DNA of 64,000 nucleotides from Alphaproteobacteria bacterium (GTDB lineage Bacteria > Pseudomonadota > Alphaproteobacteria > UBA828): the NCBI GenBank assembly GCA_963422645.2, contig CAXXVO010000004.1:288001-352000 (forward strand), read 5' to 3'. Below are positions 30,235-40,971 of the stretch, piece after piece; within the stretch, counting starts at the first letter, position 1; the number at the start of each line of letters is the position of its first letter. The notes under the pieces are model-generated. The model saw nothing but the letters and a program-made list of their open reading frames with translations, did not search any database and had not been told where the DNA came from. Position numbers and translations under genes: made by a program.

Positions 30235-32113
30235 GTAACTGCCCAGGTCGTCTGATTTGTCATTTTGGGCCAGTGGATTGAGGCGTTTCTCGTTCGGAGT
30301 TGGTGGAAAGGGCTTGACGGGAATTTCGGGAAATGACTCAACAACGACATGAGCAATCCCGAGTCGCCGCGCGGCCCTTCGACGGGAGCAGCGCCCGAAA
30401 CGCCCGCGCAGAAGATCGCCCGCCTGGAGGAGGAGAACGCCCGGCTTCGGGAGGAAAATGCCTGGCTTCGGCAGCAGAACGCGCGGCTGGAAGAGCAAGT
30501 CGCGCGTCTCGTCGAGCGCATCGAGGAGTTGGAGCGCCGTCTCGGCCTCAACAGCGGCAAGCCGCCTTCGAGCGATGGGCTGAGGAAGCCGAATTCGAAG
30601 CGGCGAACCCGAAGCCTGCGCGGCAAATCGGGCCGCAAGCCCGGTGGCCAGCCCGGCCACAAGGGCAAGACGCTGCGCCGCGCCGATCACCCGGATCGGG
30701 TGAAGGATCACGTCCCGGCTTCCTGCAAGGGATGCGGTTCGCCGCTTTCGGACGCGGCCAGGGCGGGAACGCCCGTCGCCCGCCAGGTGTTCGATCTGCC
30801 CGAGCCGAGCCCCCTGGAGGTGACCGAGCACCGGGCGCATGCCAAGTGCTGCGGGCATTGCGGGACGGTGACCCGGGCGGCGTTCCCCGACGGGGTGTCG
30901 GCGCCGGTGCAGTACGGCCCGCGCATTGCCGGGGTGGCGGTCTACCTTCAGCACGCTCACTTCCTGCCGGAGGATCGGCTGTCGCAGGTGATGGCCGAGC
31001 TCTTCGGCGCGCCGGTGACGGCTGCGACGTTGGCGACGATGAGCGAGAGGGCGGCCGAGCGGCTGCGGGACGCGGCCTTGCACATACAGGACCTGGCGGC
31101 GGGCACGGCGCGGGTGAAACACATGGACGAGACCGGCTTGCGGATCGGCGGTCAGACGCAGTGGCTTCATGTGATCTGCACGCCGCTGCTGGCGGCGTAC
31201 CGGGTCAGCGGCAAGCGCGGCGCCCTGCTCTCGGGTGTCTCCGGCATCGTCGTGCACGATCACTGGAAGCCGTACTTCGCGATGGAAGGGGTGGAGCACG
31301 GCCTGTGCAACGCCCATCACCTGCGGGAGTTGCAGGCGCTGGTGGACATCGAAGGGGAGGCTTGGGCCCGGCGGATGCAGCAGCTCCTGCGCCGAGCCAA
31401 TCGCGCCGCCCGCATCGCGCTGGACAAGGATATCGCCGTTCCGGCGAGGCTTGTGGCGCTGATCGAGCGCCGATACGACGAGATCATCGCCGATGCGCTG
31501 GCCTTTCACGAGAGCCAACCACCGTTCTCGCCTGGCAAGAGGAAGAAGCGCCGGAAGCGAAGGATCGGTCACAATCCGGCCTTGAGGCTGCGCGACCACA
31601 AATGCGCGGTGCTCCGGTTCCTGATCGACCTCGAGGTCGGGTTCACGAACAACGAGGCCGAGCGCGACCTTCGGATGATGAAGCTGCGCCAGAAGATCTC
31701 CGGGGGCTTCCGGTCCGCGCAGGGGGCCGAGAACTTCGCCATCCTGCGCAGCGTCATCACCACCGCCAGAAAGCAGGGCTGGAATATCATCGAAGCCCTG
31801 ACCAGCCCATCGGATCGGCTCATCGCCACCGTCAAGTGCGCGTAAGCTCACCTGGCACGGGTTCTCCAACAGCGGAGCCATTCTCATAAACGATCATGGT
31901 CGACGCCGTGCTGGACCACCCCATAGAATGAAAATCGGTGCCCGTCGCGCGGGCGGACTTCGGGCCACATCGGGGTAGCTTACCGGTCGCAGTCCGCAAG
32001 AGGGGCATCGTGAGCTGTGAAACCCGGCGACCCCAGAGGAGCACACGGGCGTCGCGTGGGTAGCGTTGTGCCGAATCCCAGAGAATTTTCACAGCAAGAA
32101 CCTGGGCAGTTAC
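30235..32113 (+). mobile_element. IS66-family element B, copy 2
   Basis: Same IRs; flanks CAAAATA / CAAAAATA (TSD with one homopolymer difference); sits in a divergent intergenic region. Confidence 0.95.
30349..31845 (+). CDS. IS66 family transposase
   Basis: Same protein as 5451-6947. Confidence 0.95.
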   Translation: MSNPESPRGPSTGAAPETPAQKIARLEEENARLREENAWLRQQNARLEEQVARLVERIEELERRLGLNSGKPPSSDGLRKPNSKRRTRSLRGKSGRKPGGQPGHKGKTLRRADHPDRVKDHVPASCKGCGSPLSDAARAGTPVARQVFDLPEPSPLEVTEHRAHAKCCGHCGTVTRAAFPDGVSAPVQYGPRIAGVAVYLQHAHFLPEDRLSQVMAELFGAPVTAATLATMSERAAERLRDAALHIQDLAAGTARVKHMDETGLRIGGQTQWLHVICTPLLAAYRVSGKRGALLSGVSGIVVHDHWKPYFAMEGVEHGLCNAHHLRELQALVDIEGEAWARRMQQLLRRANRAARIALDKDIAVPARLVALIERRYDEIIADALAFHESQPPFSPGKRKKRRKRRIGHNPALRLRDHKCAVLRFLIDLEVGFTNNEAERDLRMMKLRQKISGGFRSAQGAENFAILRSVITTARKQGWNIIEALTSPSDRLIATVKCA

Positions 32114-32184
32114 CAAAAATAAGGGGAGGCGACCGCAATCGTCGGGCCTCGGCGGCAGCGACGGAGGAAGGGGAGGAGAGCAGG

Positions 32185-33459
32185 ATGGCGCGAACTCTCA
32201 TTGCCGATGTGACGATCTTTGACGGCTCCGGCCGCGAGCCCTTCGCGGGCGAGGTCCTGGTGCAGGGCAACCGCATCGCCAAGGTGGCGGCCGGCGGCTT
32301 CCCCAGCGGCACGGCGGCCGACCGGGTCATCGACGGCGGCGGCGCCACGCTGATGCCGGGCCTGGTCAACTGCCACGGGCACCCGACCTATCCCAACATG
32401 GGCGCGGACTTCTACGGCACCGGCGAGCTCCCGGTGGAGGAGCACGTCTACCGCACCATGCACAACGTGAAGGCGATGCTGGACGCGGGCTTCACCGCCT
32501 CGGTCAACGGCTCTTCGGCCAAGGCCCGGCTCGATATCGCGACCCGCAACGAGATTAACGCCGGCGGCATCCCCGGCCCCCGGATGCGTGCGGCCACGCC
32601 TGAGATCACGGTCACCGGCGGGCTCGGCGACCTGCGCCAGTACCACATGTACCACGAGGGCTTCGCGGTGGTCTGCGACGGGCCGGAGGAAATCCGCAAG
32701 TTCTCCCGCCTGATGATTCGCGAGGGCGCGGACAGCCTCAAGCTGATGATCTCCGGCGACTTCTTCGTTCACGACACCGCCACCGGCGACATGACCGTGA
32801 TGCAGGAGGACGAGATCGTCGCCTGCACCAGCATCGCTCACATCCACAAGCGGCGCGTCATCGCGCATGCGCGCACGGCTGAGGCGGTGAAGCGCTGCGT
32901 GAGGCACGGGATCGACCTGATTTACCACGCCAACTTCTGCGACGAGGAGGCGCTGGACCTGCTGGAGGCGAACAAGGACCGCGTCTTCGTCAATCCGGCC
33001 ATCGGCCTCACCTACACCACCCTCTACGAGATGGCGGACTACGGGATGCCGCAGGAGAAGGCGGAGGAATGGGGCTTCAAGCGCGAGCTCGACGGTGCCA
33101 TCGCGGTCACCAGGGAGCTGCACCGGCGCGGCGTGCGCGTGCTGCCCTTCGGCGATTACGGCTTCGAGTGGAACCCGGTGGGCCGCGACGCCCGCGACCT
33201 GGAGCTCTGGCAGGAGCTCATGGGCTTCTCGTCCATCGACCTTCTCACCATGGCGACGCGCTACGGCGGCGAGTGCTTCGGCGATGCCGTGGGCCTGGTC
33301 GAGGAGGGCTATCTCGCCGACCTGATCATGGTCGACGGCGATCCGCTCGCGGACGTTCGGATTCTGCAGGATACCGACCGCATCGTCATGATCATGAAGG
33401 ACGGCGCCCTCCACAAGGAACCGGGTGCCCGCCAGCGCCAACAGGCCGCGGCCGAGTAG
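32185..33459 (+). CDS. Metal-dependent amidohydrolase family protein
   Basis: TLMPGLVNCHGH, LKLM, AHA, YH, ADLIMVDGDPL. Confidence 0.9.
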   Translation: MARTLIADVTIFDGSGREPFAGEVLVQGNRIAKVAAGGFPSGTAADRVIDGGGATLMPGLVNCHGHPTYPNMGADFYGTGELPVEEHVYRTMHNVKAMLDAGFTASVNGSSAKARLDIATRNEINAGGIPGPRMRAATPEITVTGGLGDLRQYHMYHEGFAVVCDGPEEIRKFSRLMIREGADSLKLMISGDFFVHDTATGDMTVMQEDEIVACTSIAHIHKRRVIAHARTAEAVKRCVRHGIDLIYHANFCDEEALDLLEANKDRVFVNPAIGLTYTTLYEMADYGMPQEKAEEWGFKRELDGAIAVTRELHRRGVRVLPFGDYGFEWNPVGRDARDLELWQELMGFSSIDLLTMATRYGGECFGDAVGLVEEGYLADLIMVDGDPLADVRILQDTDRIVMIMKDGALHKEPGARQRQQAAAE

Positions 33460-33608
33460 GCGACGGCGTTCCCGGCCCAATCCCATCCCGGCCGGCGGCG
33501 GTTCCACGCCCAGTCAACGATCGGTCTTGAAGCGAGCCCCACTTGCTTCTATATCCGGGCCGCACGCCCGTTCAGGGCCGGATGTTGAGACCTTGTCGAG
33601 CGAGAGAG

Positions 33609-34166
33609 ATGAGCGAAGCGAAGAGCAGCAAGAAGGCAGTGAAGCCCAAGGCCGAATCGGCGCCCAAGGCCAAGGCCGAGAGCAAGAGTGCCGACACCAA
33701 GACCAAGGCGAAGGACGACGCAGGCAGCGCGGCCTCCGCGGCGCCCTCCACCGAGGCGAAGTCATCGGATGGCGCCAAGGACTCTGGCAAGGATGCCGGC
33801 AAGTCCGCCCGCGAGTCCGCCGGCGGCAAAGCCGAGGCTCACTACGGCTACTTCTCCAGCGTGAGGACGCCCGAGTACCGCAGCGGCTGGGACTCGATCT
33901 GGGGCAGCAAGAACGGCGATGATGCCGAGAATGGCGAGGAGGCGCCGCGCCAGCCGGGGGCGGCACGCGCAAGCCGGTCCGCGAAGAAGGCGCGGAAGCG
34001 CCGCGATCCCGTCACCGTCACCCTCGACCTCGACACGCTGCCGCCCGAGCTCAAGGAGGGCCTGGTCGAGCTCGCGAGCGCCGAGCTCAAGAAGTCCCGC
34101 GTGAGCTACGCCCGGCGCGACAAGGCCGGCGCCATCGACTGGCGCATCACCTGCCGCGTGGACTGA
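33609..34166 (+). CDS. Hypothetical protein with Lys/Ala/Ser-rich N-terminus
   Basis: GC3-biased ORF; low-complexity N-terminus, aromatic motif YGYFSSVRTPEYRSGWDSIWG. Confidence 0.7.
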   Translation: MSEAKSSKKAVKPKAESAPKAKAESKSADTKTKAKDDAGSAASAAPSTEAKSSDGAKDSGKDAGKSARESAGGKAEAHYGYFSSVRTPEYRSGWDSIWGSKNGDDAENGEEAPRQPGAARASRSAKKARKRRDPVTVTLDLDTLPPELKEGLVELASAELKKSRVSYARRDKAGAIDWRITCRVD

Positions 34167-34206
34167 TCGCACAACCCGAGATCGCAGTACTTACGGTTAG
34201 GAGGGA

Positions 34207-34335
34207 CCGGGCCGCGCAGCGGGCCGGAGCGCGCAACGGCGCGCCGCGCGAAGCGCGGAGCCAAGCGAGCGGAGCGAGCGCCCGGCGATTGAGGGAAAGG
34301 GTTAAACAAAGCGCCCGCCGCCTGAGGGCAATGAT
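34207..34335. repeat. Dispersed GC-rich repeat (related to 45538-45653)
   Basis: 29-bp identity AGCCAAGCGAGCGGAGCGAGCGCCCGGCG (34259-34287 = 45587-45615) followed by TGAGGGAAA; partial extra copy at 34311-34335. Confidence 0.75.
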
Positions 34336-34395
34336 CGGGCGCGCGCGATATTCGTTGCAAACCGGGGCAAGTCGGTTCATCTGTAGGGAGACCAC

Positions 34396-34821
34396 GTGGG
34401 GGCTCGGGCAATGCTGAGGGTTGTCGTTTTCTGTGCCTTGCTGGTCGTTGGCGCCATGCCGCTTCATGCGGACGTCATCGACGTGGACGGCGCCGAGCTT
34501 GAGCGGTTGCGGGCGGAGGGGGTCGCCGTCATCGACGTCCGCAGGCCGGAGGAGTGGCGCAAGACCGGCGTCATCGAGGGCAGCCACCTGCTGACCTTCT
34601 TCGACAAGAAGGGGCGCTACGATTTGGACCGGTGGCTGCCGGCGCTCGCCGCGATCGCGGAGTCCGACCGACCCGTCGCGCTCATCTGCCGTAGCGGCAA
34701 TCGCAGCGGCAGGGTCGCGCACCTGCTGGACGAGCAGTTCGGATACCGGCACGTCTACAATGTGCGCGGCGGCATCCTGGGATGGCTCGACGAGGGGCGC
34801 TCCACCGTGGATCGTCAGTAG
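34396..34821 (+). CDS. Exported rhodanese-like protein
   Basis: Signal peptide, IDVRRPEEW, CRSGNRS, GGILGW. Confidence 0.88.
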   Translation: MGARAMLRVVVFCALLVVGAMPLHADVIDVDGAELERLRAEGVAVIDVRRPEEWRKTGVIEGSHLLTFFDKKGRYDLDRWLPALAAIAESDRPVALICRSGNRSGRVAHLLDEQFGYRHVYNVRGGILGWLDEGRSTVDRQ

Positions 34822-34953
34822 CGGCGGCTGATTGCGGGCTGCGAATTCCGCGGCCCGCTGGCTTTTCTGGTAGCCAGATGGAAAAAACCCGCTATATGTA
34901 GCGGGTTGGACTCGTTCGAGTCGCAACAGGGAACGACAGAGGGGCTTCCGACC

Positions 34954-35241
34954 ATGAGCAGAGCCGCATTCATCGAGAACGTCGCCAAGAAGGGCAAGAT
35001 GAGCAAGGCCGAGGCCAAGCGCACCGTAGACCTGGTGCTGGGCGAGATCGAGGCCGGGATCAAGAAGTCGAAGAAGGAAGGCCGCTACACCATCGGCAAC
35101 TTCGGCACGTTCACCATCGTCAAGCGCAAGGGGCGCAAGGGCCGCAACCCGCAGACCGGCGAAGCGATCCGCATCCGGGCCTCCAAGGCCCTCCGCTTCC
35201 GCGCCTCGGCCCAGCTTCGGAGAGCCGCCGGGGCGAAGTGA
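34954..35241 (+). CDS. HU family DNA-binding protein
   Basis: GNFGTF, RKGRNPQTGEAIRI. Confidence 0.93.
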   Translation: MSRAAFIENVAKKGKMSKAEAKRTVDLVLGEIEAGIKKSKKEGRYTIGNFGTFTIVKRKGRKGRNPQTGEAIRIRASKALRFRASAQLRRAAGAK

Positions 35242-35784
35242 CGACACCCCGACCGCCCCGCGACGTGAGGAGCGTCTCCCATGACAAGCTCATCCACAGG
35301 ATCCGGCGCTTCGCGGCTGCGCGAAGCTGCGAACGAGGCCGTTGCCTCTCTTCCGCGCTCCGCACCGCATGGTGCGGCCCTGGCCGGCATGTGTTTCGCG
35401 GCTCTGCTGATGGCCTCCAGCTGCGCAGTGCAGCGAGACCTTTCGGCCTTTGCTCCGGTGGAGAGTGCTGTAGCCGTGAGGGCCGGTTCGACCGATTCAC
35501 TGATCGGCAAGACCATCATCGTGGCATGGAGGGAGCGGACGGAAGTGTGTTCTCTGGGCCAAGAGTCGGCATCCGAACGGTGTGAGAGTGACGAGAGCGT
35601 CAACGAGAGGATAATTGCCGTAACTGCCCAGGTACCCCCTCTCTCTTATGGAACAAGCCAGTTCCTTTTGCGTCAACGCCCCCACGCCGCGGGGGTGCCT
35701 ACTCTCTTGAGCGCGAGAGGATGATGAACGCCGCGTCGCGAACAAGATGAGAGGACAGCGATACTCAGGATGAGCCGGAGAAGT

Positions 35785-37323
35785 TCAGGAGCGCAGTATA
35801 GGGATCAGCTGCATCGGTTCCGGGTGCGCCAGGATTTGCAGGATGTTCCAGCCTTGCTTTCGAGCGGTGACGATGACGCTGCGCATTCCGGCGAAGTTGC
35901 AGGCGCCTTGCAGGGAGCGGAAGCCGCCTGAGATCTTCTCATGCACTTTGTTCATACGGATGTCACGCTCCGCCTCGTTATTCGTGAACGGCGTGCGCAG
36001 GTCGGTGAGGAAGCGCAGGCAGCCCTCCTTATGCTTTTGAAGGCGGCGCGCGAGGTTGTGGCCGATGCGGCGTTTCTTTCGCCCTCGCTTTGCGATCTGG
36101 AGCGGCGGTTGGGCCTCATGGAAGGCGATGGCTTCTTCGAGGATACGGTCCCATGCCCTTGAGATGCGGGCCACCAGGGAGGCGGGGACTTGACGGTCTT
36201 TCTCACGGGCGAAGCGGGCGGCCCTGCGCGCGCGCTGAAGCAGGCGGTGCATGCTCGCCGCCCATTCCTCCTTCTCGATGTCGATCAGGGCCTGGAGTTC
36301 GCGCAGGTGATGTGCGTTGCAGGCGCCGTGGCGGACGCCCTTGATGGTGAAGTAGGGGGCGAAGTCGTCGTGGACGAGGATGCCTTTCAGGTTCTTTTCG
36401 ACATCGCCGCGTCCCTCGCCGATGCGCAGGACGGTGAGCAACGGGGTGCACAGCACATGGAGCCAGCGGGTACGGGCGGCGATACGCAGGCCGGTCTCGT
36501 CGAGGTGCTTGACCGGCGCCTGCGTGCGGATCAGATCGGCGACATGGTCGAGGAAGCCCTCGAAGCGCTGCGCTGTGCGCCGGCCCATGGCGGCGATCGT
36601 GGCAGTGGAGATGGACACCGCGAAGATGTCGCTCATGAGTTCGGCCAGACGCTTCTCGGGCACGAACTGGGCGTACAGCAGGTAACTCACCCAAGCGGTG
36701 ATGCGAGGGCCGTACTGGACCGGGGCGGTGACGCCCGGCGGGAAGGCGGCTCGTGTCAGCGTGCCGCATGCGCCGCAGAGGCAGCGATGGGCGCGGTGTT
36801 CGGTGACCTCGAGAGGCTGCGGCTCGGGTACGTCGAAGACCTGCCGACAGGCGGGCGCGCCTTGCCGGTCGGCGTCCGAGAGCTCGACGCCACAGCCGGA
36901 ACAGGTGGAGGGGTGGTGATCGACGACACGGTCCGGGCTGTCGCTCCGCGCGAGGGTGGTTCCCTTGTGGCCGGGCTGGCCGCCACTGGGCCCGCCGGAC
37001 TTTCCGCGCTGGCTTTGGGTGCGCCTCTGGGCTCCGCTTTTCTTCTTGAGCCCGTCGCTGGCGGGGGGCTTGCTGCTTGTGGTGCTGTTGAGGGCCGCGC
37101 TGCGCTCGAGTTCGGCGATGCGCTCGCGCAGGGCCGCGTTCTCCTGCTCGAGTGCGGCATTTTCCCGGGCGAGCGCGGTGGCTGATCGCAGCAGCCCCTG
37201 CCCCCATTCCCGGACGGCAACGACGACAGTGGTTGCGAGGGATGATGGCTCGAGAAGCTCCTTCAGGCAGCAGAAGGCCTCGTTACGGGCGGCGAGGTCT
37301 TCGTGCCAGTGCGACACCGTCAC
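35785..37323 (-). CDS. IS66 family transposase
   Basis: Near-identical to 2827-4368. Confidence 0.92.
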   Translation of the reverse strand: MTVSHWHEDLAARNEAFCCLKELLEPSSLATTVVVAVREWGQGLLRSATALARENAALEQENAALRERIAELERSAALNSTTSSKPPASDGLKKKSGAQRRTQSQRGKSGGPSGGQPGHKGTTLARSDSPDRVVDHHPSTCSGCGVELSDADRQGAPACRQVFDVPEPQPLEVTEHRAHRCLCGACGTLTRAAFPPGVTAPVQYGPRITAWVSYLLYAQFVPEKRLAELMSDIFAVSISTATIAAMGRRTAQRFEGFLDHVADLIRTQAPVKHLDETGLRIAARTRWLHVLCTPLLTVLRIGEGRGDVEKNLKGILVHDDFAPYFTIKGVRHGACNAHHLRELQALIDIEKEEWAASMHRLLQRARRAARFAREKDRQVPASLVARISRAWDRILEEAIAFHEAQPPLQIAKRGRKKRRIGHNLARRLQKHKEGCLRFLTDLRTPFTNNEAERDIRMNKVHEKISGGFRSLQGACNFAGMRSVIVTARKQGWNILQILAHPEPMQLIPILRS

Positions 37324-37985
37324 GTGTCTTCGGCCTCGACGGCCATCATGGCGGCGAGCACGGCGAGGCGTTCGCCCGGCGGCAAGGCCTGGTAGCGCCG
37401 GCCCCAGTTGGCTGCCTTGCGCTTGATGCGCTGGCGGTCGGTGAAGTTCCGGCCTGCGTGGCTGGCCCAATGCATCCGGTCGGGGGCGTAGTTGAACCAG
37501 ACGACCTCGGTTCGCACCAGACCCTGGGTCGTGACCTGCAGCGCCAGCCGGCGCCATCCCGCCAGCACCTCGTCATAGAGCGCCGACGGATGGCCCGAGA
37601 TCATGACCTGGCAGGGCAGAGCCTTGAGCAGCGCGAGAAGCGCGACGTGGCCGGCCTCCTCGTACTCGAAGCGGTAGCGCTGCGCCGAGCGGCGGGTCGC
37701 GTGCAGATAGGGCGGATCGCTGTAAACTAGCTCCGGGCCCAGGAACGGGAACGAGGCCAGGAAGTCATGGGCACAGCCGTGAACCAGATCGACCGGGTAG
37801 TCGCAGACGAAGGCCTCGAGCGCCTGCGCATCGCGGTCGATGCCGATCGAACGCACGGCCGGCGGCTTGCGCTTCATCAGCGCCCCGCCCCCAAGGTGGC
37901 TTTCGATGTAGACGGAGTGCGGCGGCATCAGCGCAATCAGCGCTTGGCACAGACCTGCTGTCGCCTTCGAGCCGAAATACCCCAT
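37320..37985 (-). CDS. Compact N6-adenine DNA methyltransferase
   Basis: Same protein as 4365-5030 (one synonymous change seen). Confidence 0.88.
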   Translation of the reverse strand: MGYFGSKATAGLCQALIALMPPHSVYIESHLGGGALMKRKPPAVRSIGIDRDAQALEAFVCDYPVDLVHGCAHDFLASFPFLGPELVYSDPPYLHATRRSAQRYRFEYEEAGHVALLALLKALPCQVMISGHPSALYDEVLAGWRRLALQVTTQGLVRTEVVWFNYAPDRMHWASHAGRNFTDRQRIKRKAANWGRRYQALPPGERLAVLAAMMAVEAEDT

Positions 37986-38525
37986 GGACCGCTCCCGTCA
38001 CGCGAGAGAGCAGTCCATAGTCCCGCAACTCTATGAGGTCAAGAACCAATCGCGGTGGCAGAACCAGACCGCGGCCGCCGCCATAATCACCGTCCTCAAC
38101 TCAGGATTGGGGTACCTGGGTAGTTACTAATTGCCATCGAGTCTGATGGGGCAACGTTTCTTTCTGACGATGGAGGCGTCATCGAGATGGCGGCTCACCA
38201 CAGCGTATCGTCCCCGTCCGAAGGTATTCGAAACAAGTCTTTCGTGCAGGGGAACCAGTATATAGCAGCGACATGGCTGGACATGTTCGACGTGCAGAAC
38301 CGATCCCGGACGATCTACGCAGTCTGGGGCGATACATGCACGGTCAAGAAGCCCGACACGCTGCGGTCCTCCGGCAGCGCGGGACAAACCCGGCGGTTCG
38401 AGGTCGAACTAATCTCGTGCGAGGTGATTTCCGGACCCTATTCGCCCTGAGGCGTGCGAGCCTGGGCGCCGGTCGCGGAAGAGGCAGCCGGGTGGCTGCC
38501 TCTCCGCGCAGACACTCCCGCGTCG

Positions 38526-39188
38526 CTACTGCCTGTGGGCGCCGAACGAGCCGGTGAGGCCACTGTCGCTGTGGTCGTCACCACTGGGTGACGAGACACC
38601 GAATATGCCAGCGACACCGGTCGGATGGTCGGTCGGCGACGCGCCGTTGCCGTAGAACGCGCCGTGCCACTGGCCATCCCAGTCCTCTCCGGCCACGCTG
38701 GCCTCTGTGTTGCCGTCGATGTGCCCTCTAGTGTTGGGCTCGTTGCCGCCATGGGACCCGACACGGATATTGGTCGACGTCAGAGTCACCGTCGAGGGCA
38801 GCAAGGACGCCACGCCGCCTTCGAAGACGAAGTTGCTCACCTCTCCGTCGATGACGCCGCTCGTGCCGAAATTAGCCTCCAGTTCGAGGTCGGCGGTGAA
38901 GGAACCGACCGTTGGGGCTCGACGTCCCGTTCGCATAGTACATGCCGACCGCTTCGCCTTCGTAAGTGGCTGTCGGTCCAGGCCCGGATGTTGGAGCTGT
39001 CGAACGGGTCACGGCCGCCTGCAAACACGCCGAAATTGTAGTTGACCGTGTCCGTCACGTCCTCCGGCACGTAGAGCCAGTGGCCGAACGCCAGGTAGTC
39101 GGCAGGCGGATCGGAACGCCACACTTGCGGGGCCACGTCCTGCGTTGTCCCGCCGTCCGGCGTAAAGGTGACGCCGGACGAGGTGGTG
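38526..39188 (-). pseudogene. C-terminal fragment of a TbpB-like beta-barrel surface lipoprotein, with two frameshifts
   Basis: DYLAFGHWL, ATYEGEAVGMY, FTADLELEANF, WHGAFYGNG, GVAGIFG, LTGSFGA spread over three frames. Confidence 0.7.
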
Positions 39189-39330
39189 TGAGGTGGCCGC
39201 CCTACTAAGGACTTTAGTAACTGCCCAGGTCGTCTGATTTGTCATTTTGGGCCAGTGGATTGAGGCGTTTCTCGTTCGGAGTTGGTGGAAAGGGCTTGAC
39301 GGGAATTTCGGGAAATGACTCAACAACGAC

Positions 39331-40836
39331 ATGAGCAATCCCGAGTCGCCGCGCGGCCCTTCGACGGGAGCAGCGCCCGAAACGCCCGCGCAGAAGATCG
39401 CCCGCCTGGAGGAGGAGAACGCCCGGCTTCGGGAGGAAAATGCCTGGCTTCGGCAGCAGAACGCGCGGCTGGAAGAGCAAGTCGCGCGTCTCGTCGAGCG
39501 CATCGAGGAGTTGGAGCGCCGTCTCGGCCTCAACAGCGGCAACAGCGGCAAGCCGCCTTCGAGCGATGGGCTGAGGAAGCCGAATTCGAAGCGGCGAACC
39601 CGAAGCCTGCGCGGCAAATCGGGCCGCAAGCCCGGTGGCCAGCCCGGCCACAAGGGCAAGACGCTGCGCCGCGCCGATCACCCGGATCGGGTGAAGGATC
39701 ACGTCCCGGCTTCCTGCAAGGGATGCGGTTCGCCGCTTTCGGACGCGGCCAGGGCGGGAACGCCCGTCGCCCGCCAGGTGTTCGATCTGCCCGAGCCGAG
39801 CCCCCTGGAGGTGACCGAGCACCGGGCGCATGCCAAGTGCTGCGGGCATTGCGGGACGATGACCCGGGCGGCGTTCCCCGACGGGGTGTCGGCGCCGGTG
39901 CAGTACGGCCCGCGCATTGCCGGGGTGGCGGTCTACCTTCAGCACGCTCACTTCCTGCCGGAGGATCGGCTGTCGCAGGTGATGGCCGAGCTCTTCGGCG
40001 CGCCGGTGACGGCTGCGACGTTGGCGACGATGAGCGAGAGGGCGGCCGAGCGGCTGCGGGACGCGGCCTTGCACATACAGGACCTGGCGGCGGGCACGGC
40101 GCGGGTGAAACACATGGACGAGACCGGCTTGCGGATCGGCGGTCAGACGCAGTGGCTTCATGTGATCTGCACGCCGCTGCTGGCGGCGTACCGGGTCAGC
40201 GGCAAGCGCGGCGCCCTGCTCTCGGGTGTCTCCGGCATCGTCGTGCACGATCACTGGAAGCCGTACTTCGCGATGGAAGGGGTGGAGCACGGCCTGTGCA
40301 ACGCCCATCACCTGCGGGAGTTGCAGGCGCTGGTGGACATCGAAGGGGAGGCTTGGGCCCGGCGGATGCAGCAGCTCCTGCGCCGAGCCAATCGCGCCGC
40401 CCGCATCGCGCTGGACAAGGATATCGCCGTTCCGGCGAGGCTTGTGGCGCTGATCGAGCGCCGATACGACGAGATCATCGCCGATGCGCTGGCCTTTCAC
40501 GAGAGCCAACCACCGTTCTCGCCTGGCAAGAGGAAGAAGCGCCGGAAGCGAAGGATCGGTCACAATCTGGCCTTGAGGCTGCGCGACCACAAATGCGCGG
40601 TGCTCCGGTTCCTGATCGACCTCGAGGTCGGGTTCACGAACAACGAGGCCGAGCGCGACCTTCGGATGATGAAGCTGCGCCAGAAGATCTCCGGGGGCTT
40701 CCGGTCCGCGCAGGGGGCCGAGAACTTCGCCATCCTGCGCAGCGTCATCACCACCGCCAGAAAGCAGGGCTGGAATATCATCGAAGCCCTGACCAGCCCA
40801 TCGGATCGGCTCATCGCCACCGTCAAGTGCGCGTAA
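39331..40836 (+). CDS. IS66 family transposase (501 aa)
   Basis: As other B copies plus an extra NSG repeat unit. Confidence 0.95.
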   Translation: MSNPESPRGPSTGAAPETPAQKIARLEEENARLREENAWLRQQNARLEEQVARLVERIEELERRLGLNSGNSGKPPSSDGLRKPNSKRRTRSLRGKSGRKPGGQPGHKGKTLRRADHPDRVKDHVPASCKGCGSPLSDAARAGTPVARQVFDLPEPSPLEVTEHRAHAKCCGHCGTMTRAAFPDGVSAPVQYGPRIAGVAVYLQHAHFLPEDRLSQVMAELFGAPVTAATLATMSERAAERLRDAALHIQDLAAGTARVKHMDETGLRIGGQTQWLHVICTPLLAAYRVSGKRGALLSGVSGIVVHDHWKPYFAMEGVEHGLCNAHHLRELQALVDIEGEAWARRMQQLLRRANRAARIALDKDIAVPARLVALIERRYDEIIADALAFHESQPPFSPGKRKKRRKRRIGHNLALRLRDHKCAVLRFLIDLEVGFTNNEAERDLRMMKLRQKISGGFRSAQGAENFAILRSVITTARKQGWNIIEALTSPSDRLIATVKCA

Positions 40837-40971
40837 GCTCACCTGGCACGGGTTCTCCAACAGCGGAGCCATTCTCATAAACGATCATGGTCGACGCCGT
40901 GCTGGACCACCCCATAGAATGAAAATCGGTGCCCGTCGCGCGGGCGGACTTCGGGCCACATCGGGGTAGCT

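Larger units (their letters stand above)
35620..38127 (-). mobile_element. IS66-family element A carrying a DNA methyltransferase, copy 2
   Basis: Same IRs; 8-bp TSD TAATTGCC. Confidence 0.96.
35281..38450 (+). pseudogene. Putative lipoprotein (~217 aa) interrupted by IS66-A
   Basis: Removing 35620-38135 rejoins ...ERIIA to IESDGATFLSDDGGVIEMAAHH... in frame; LLMASSC lipobox-like motif. Confidence 0.8.

Noticed and set aside
34359-34373. 15-bp match AAACCGGGGCAAGTC to the IS3 remnant end
   Set aside because: Lacks the terminal CA and any adjoining IS sequence; may be chance.
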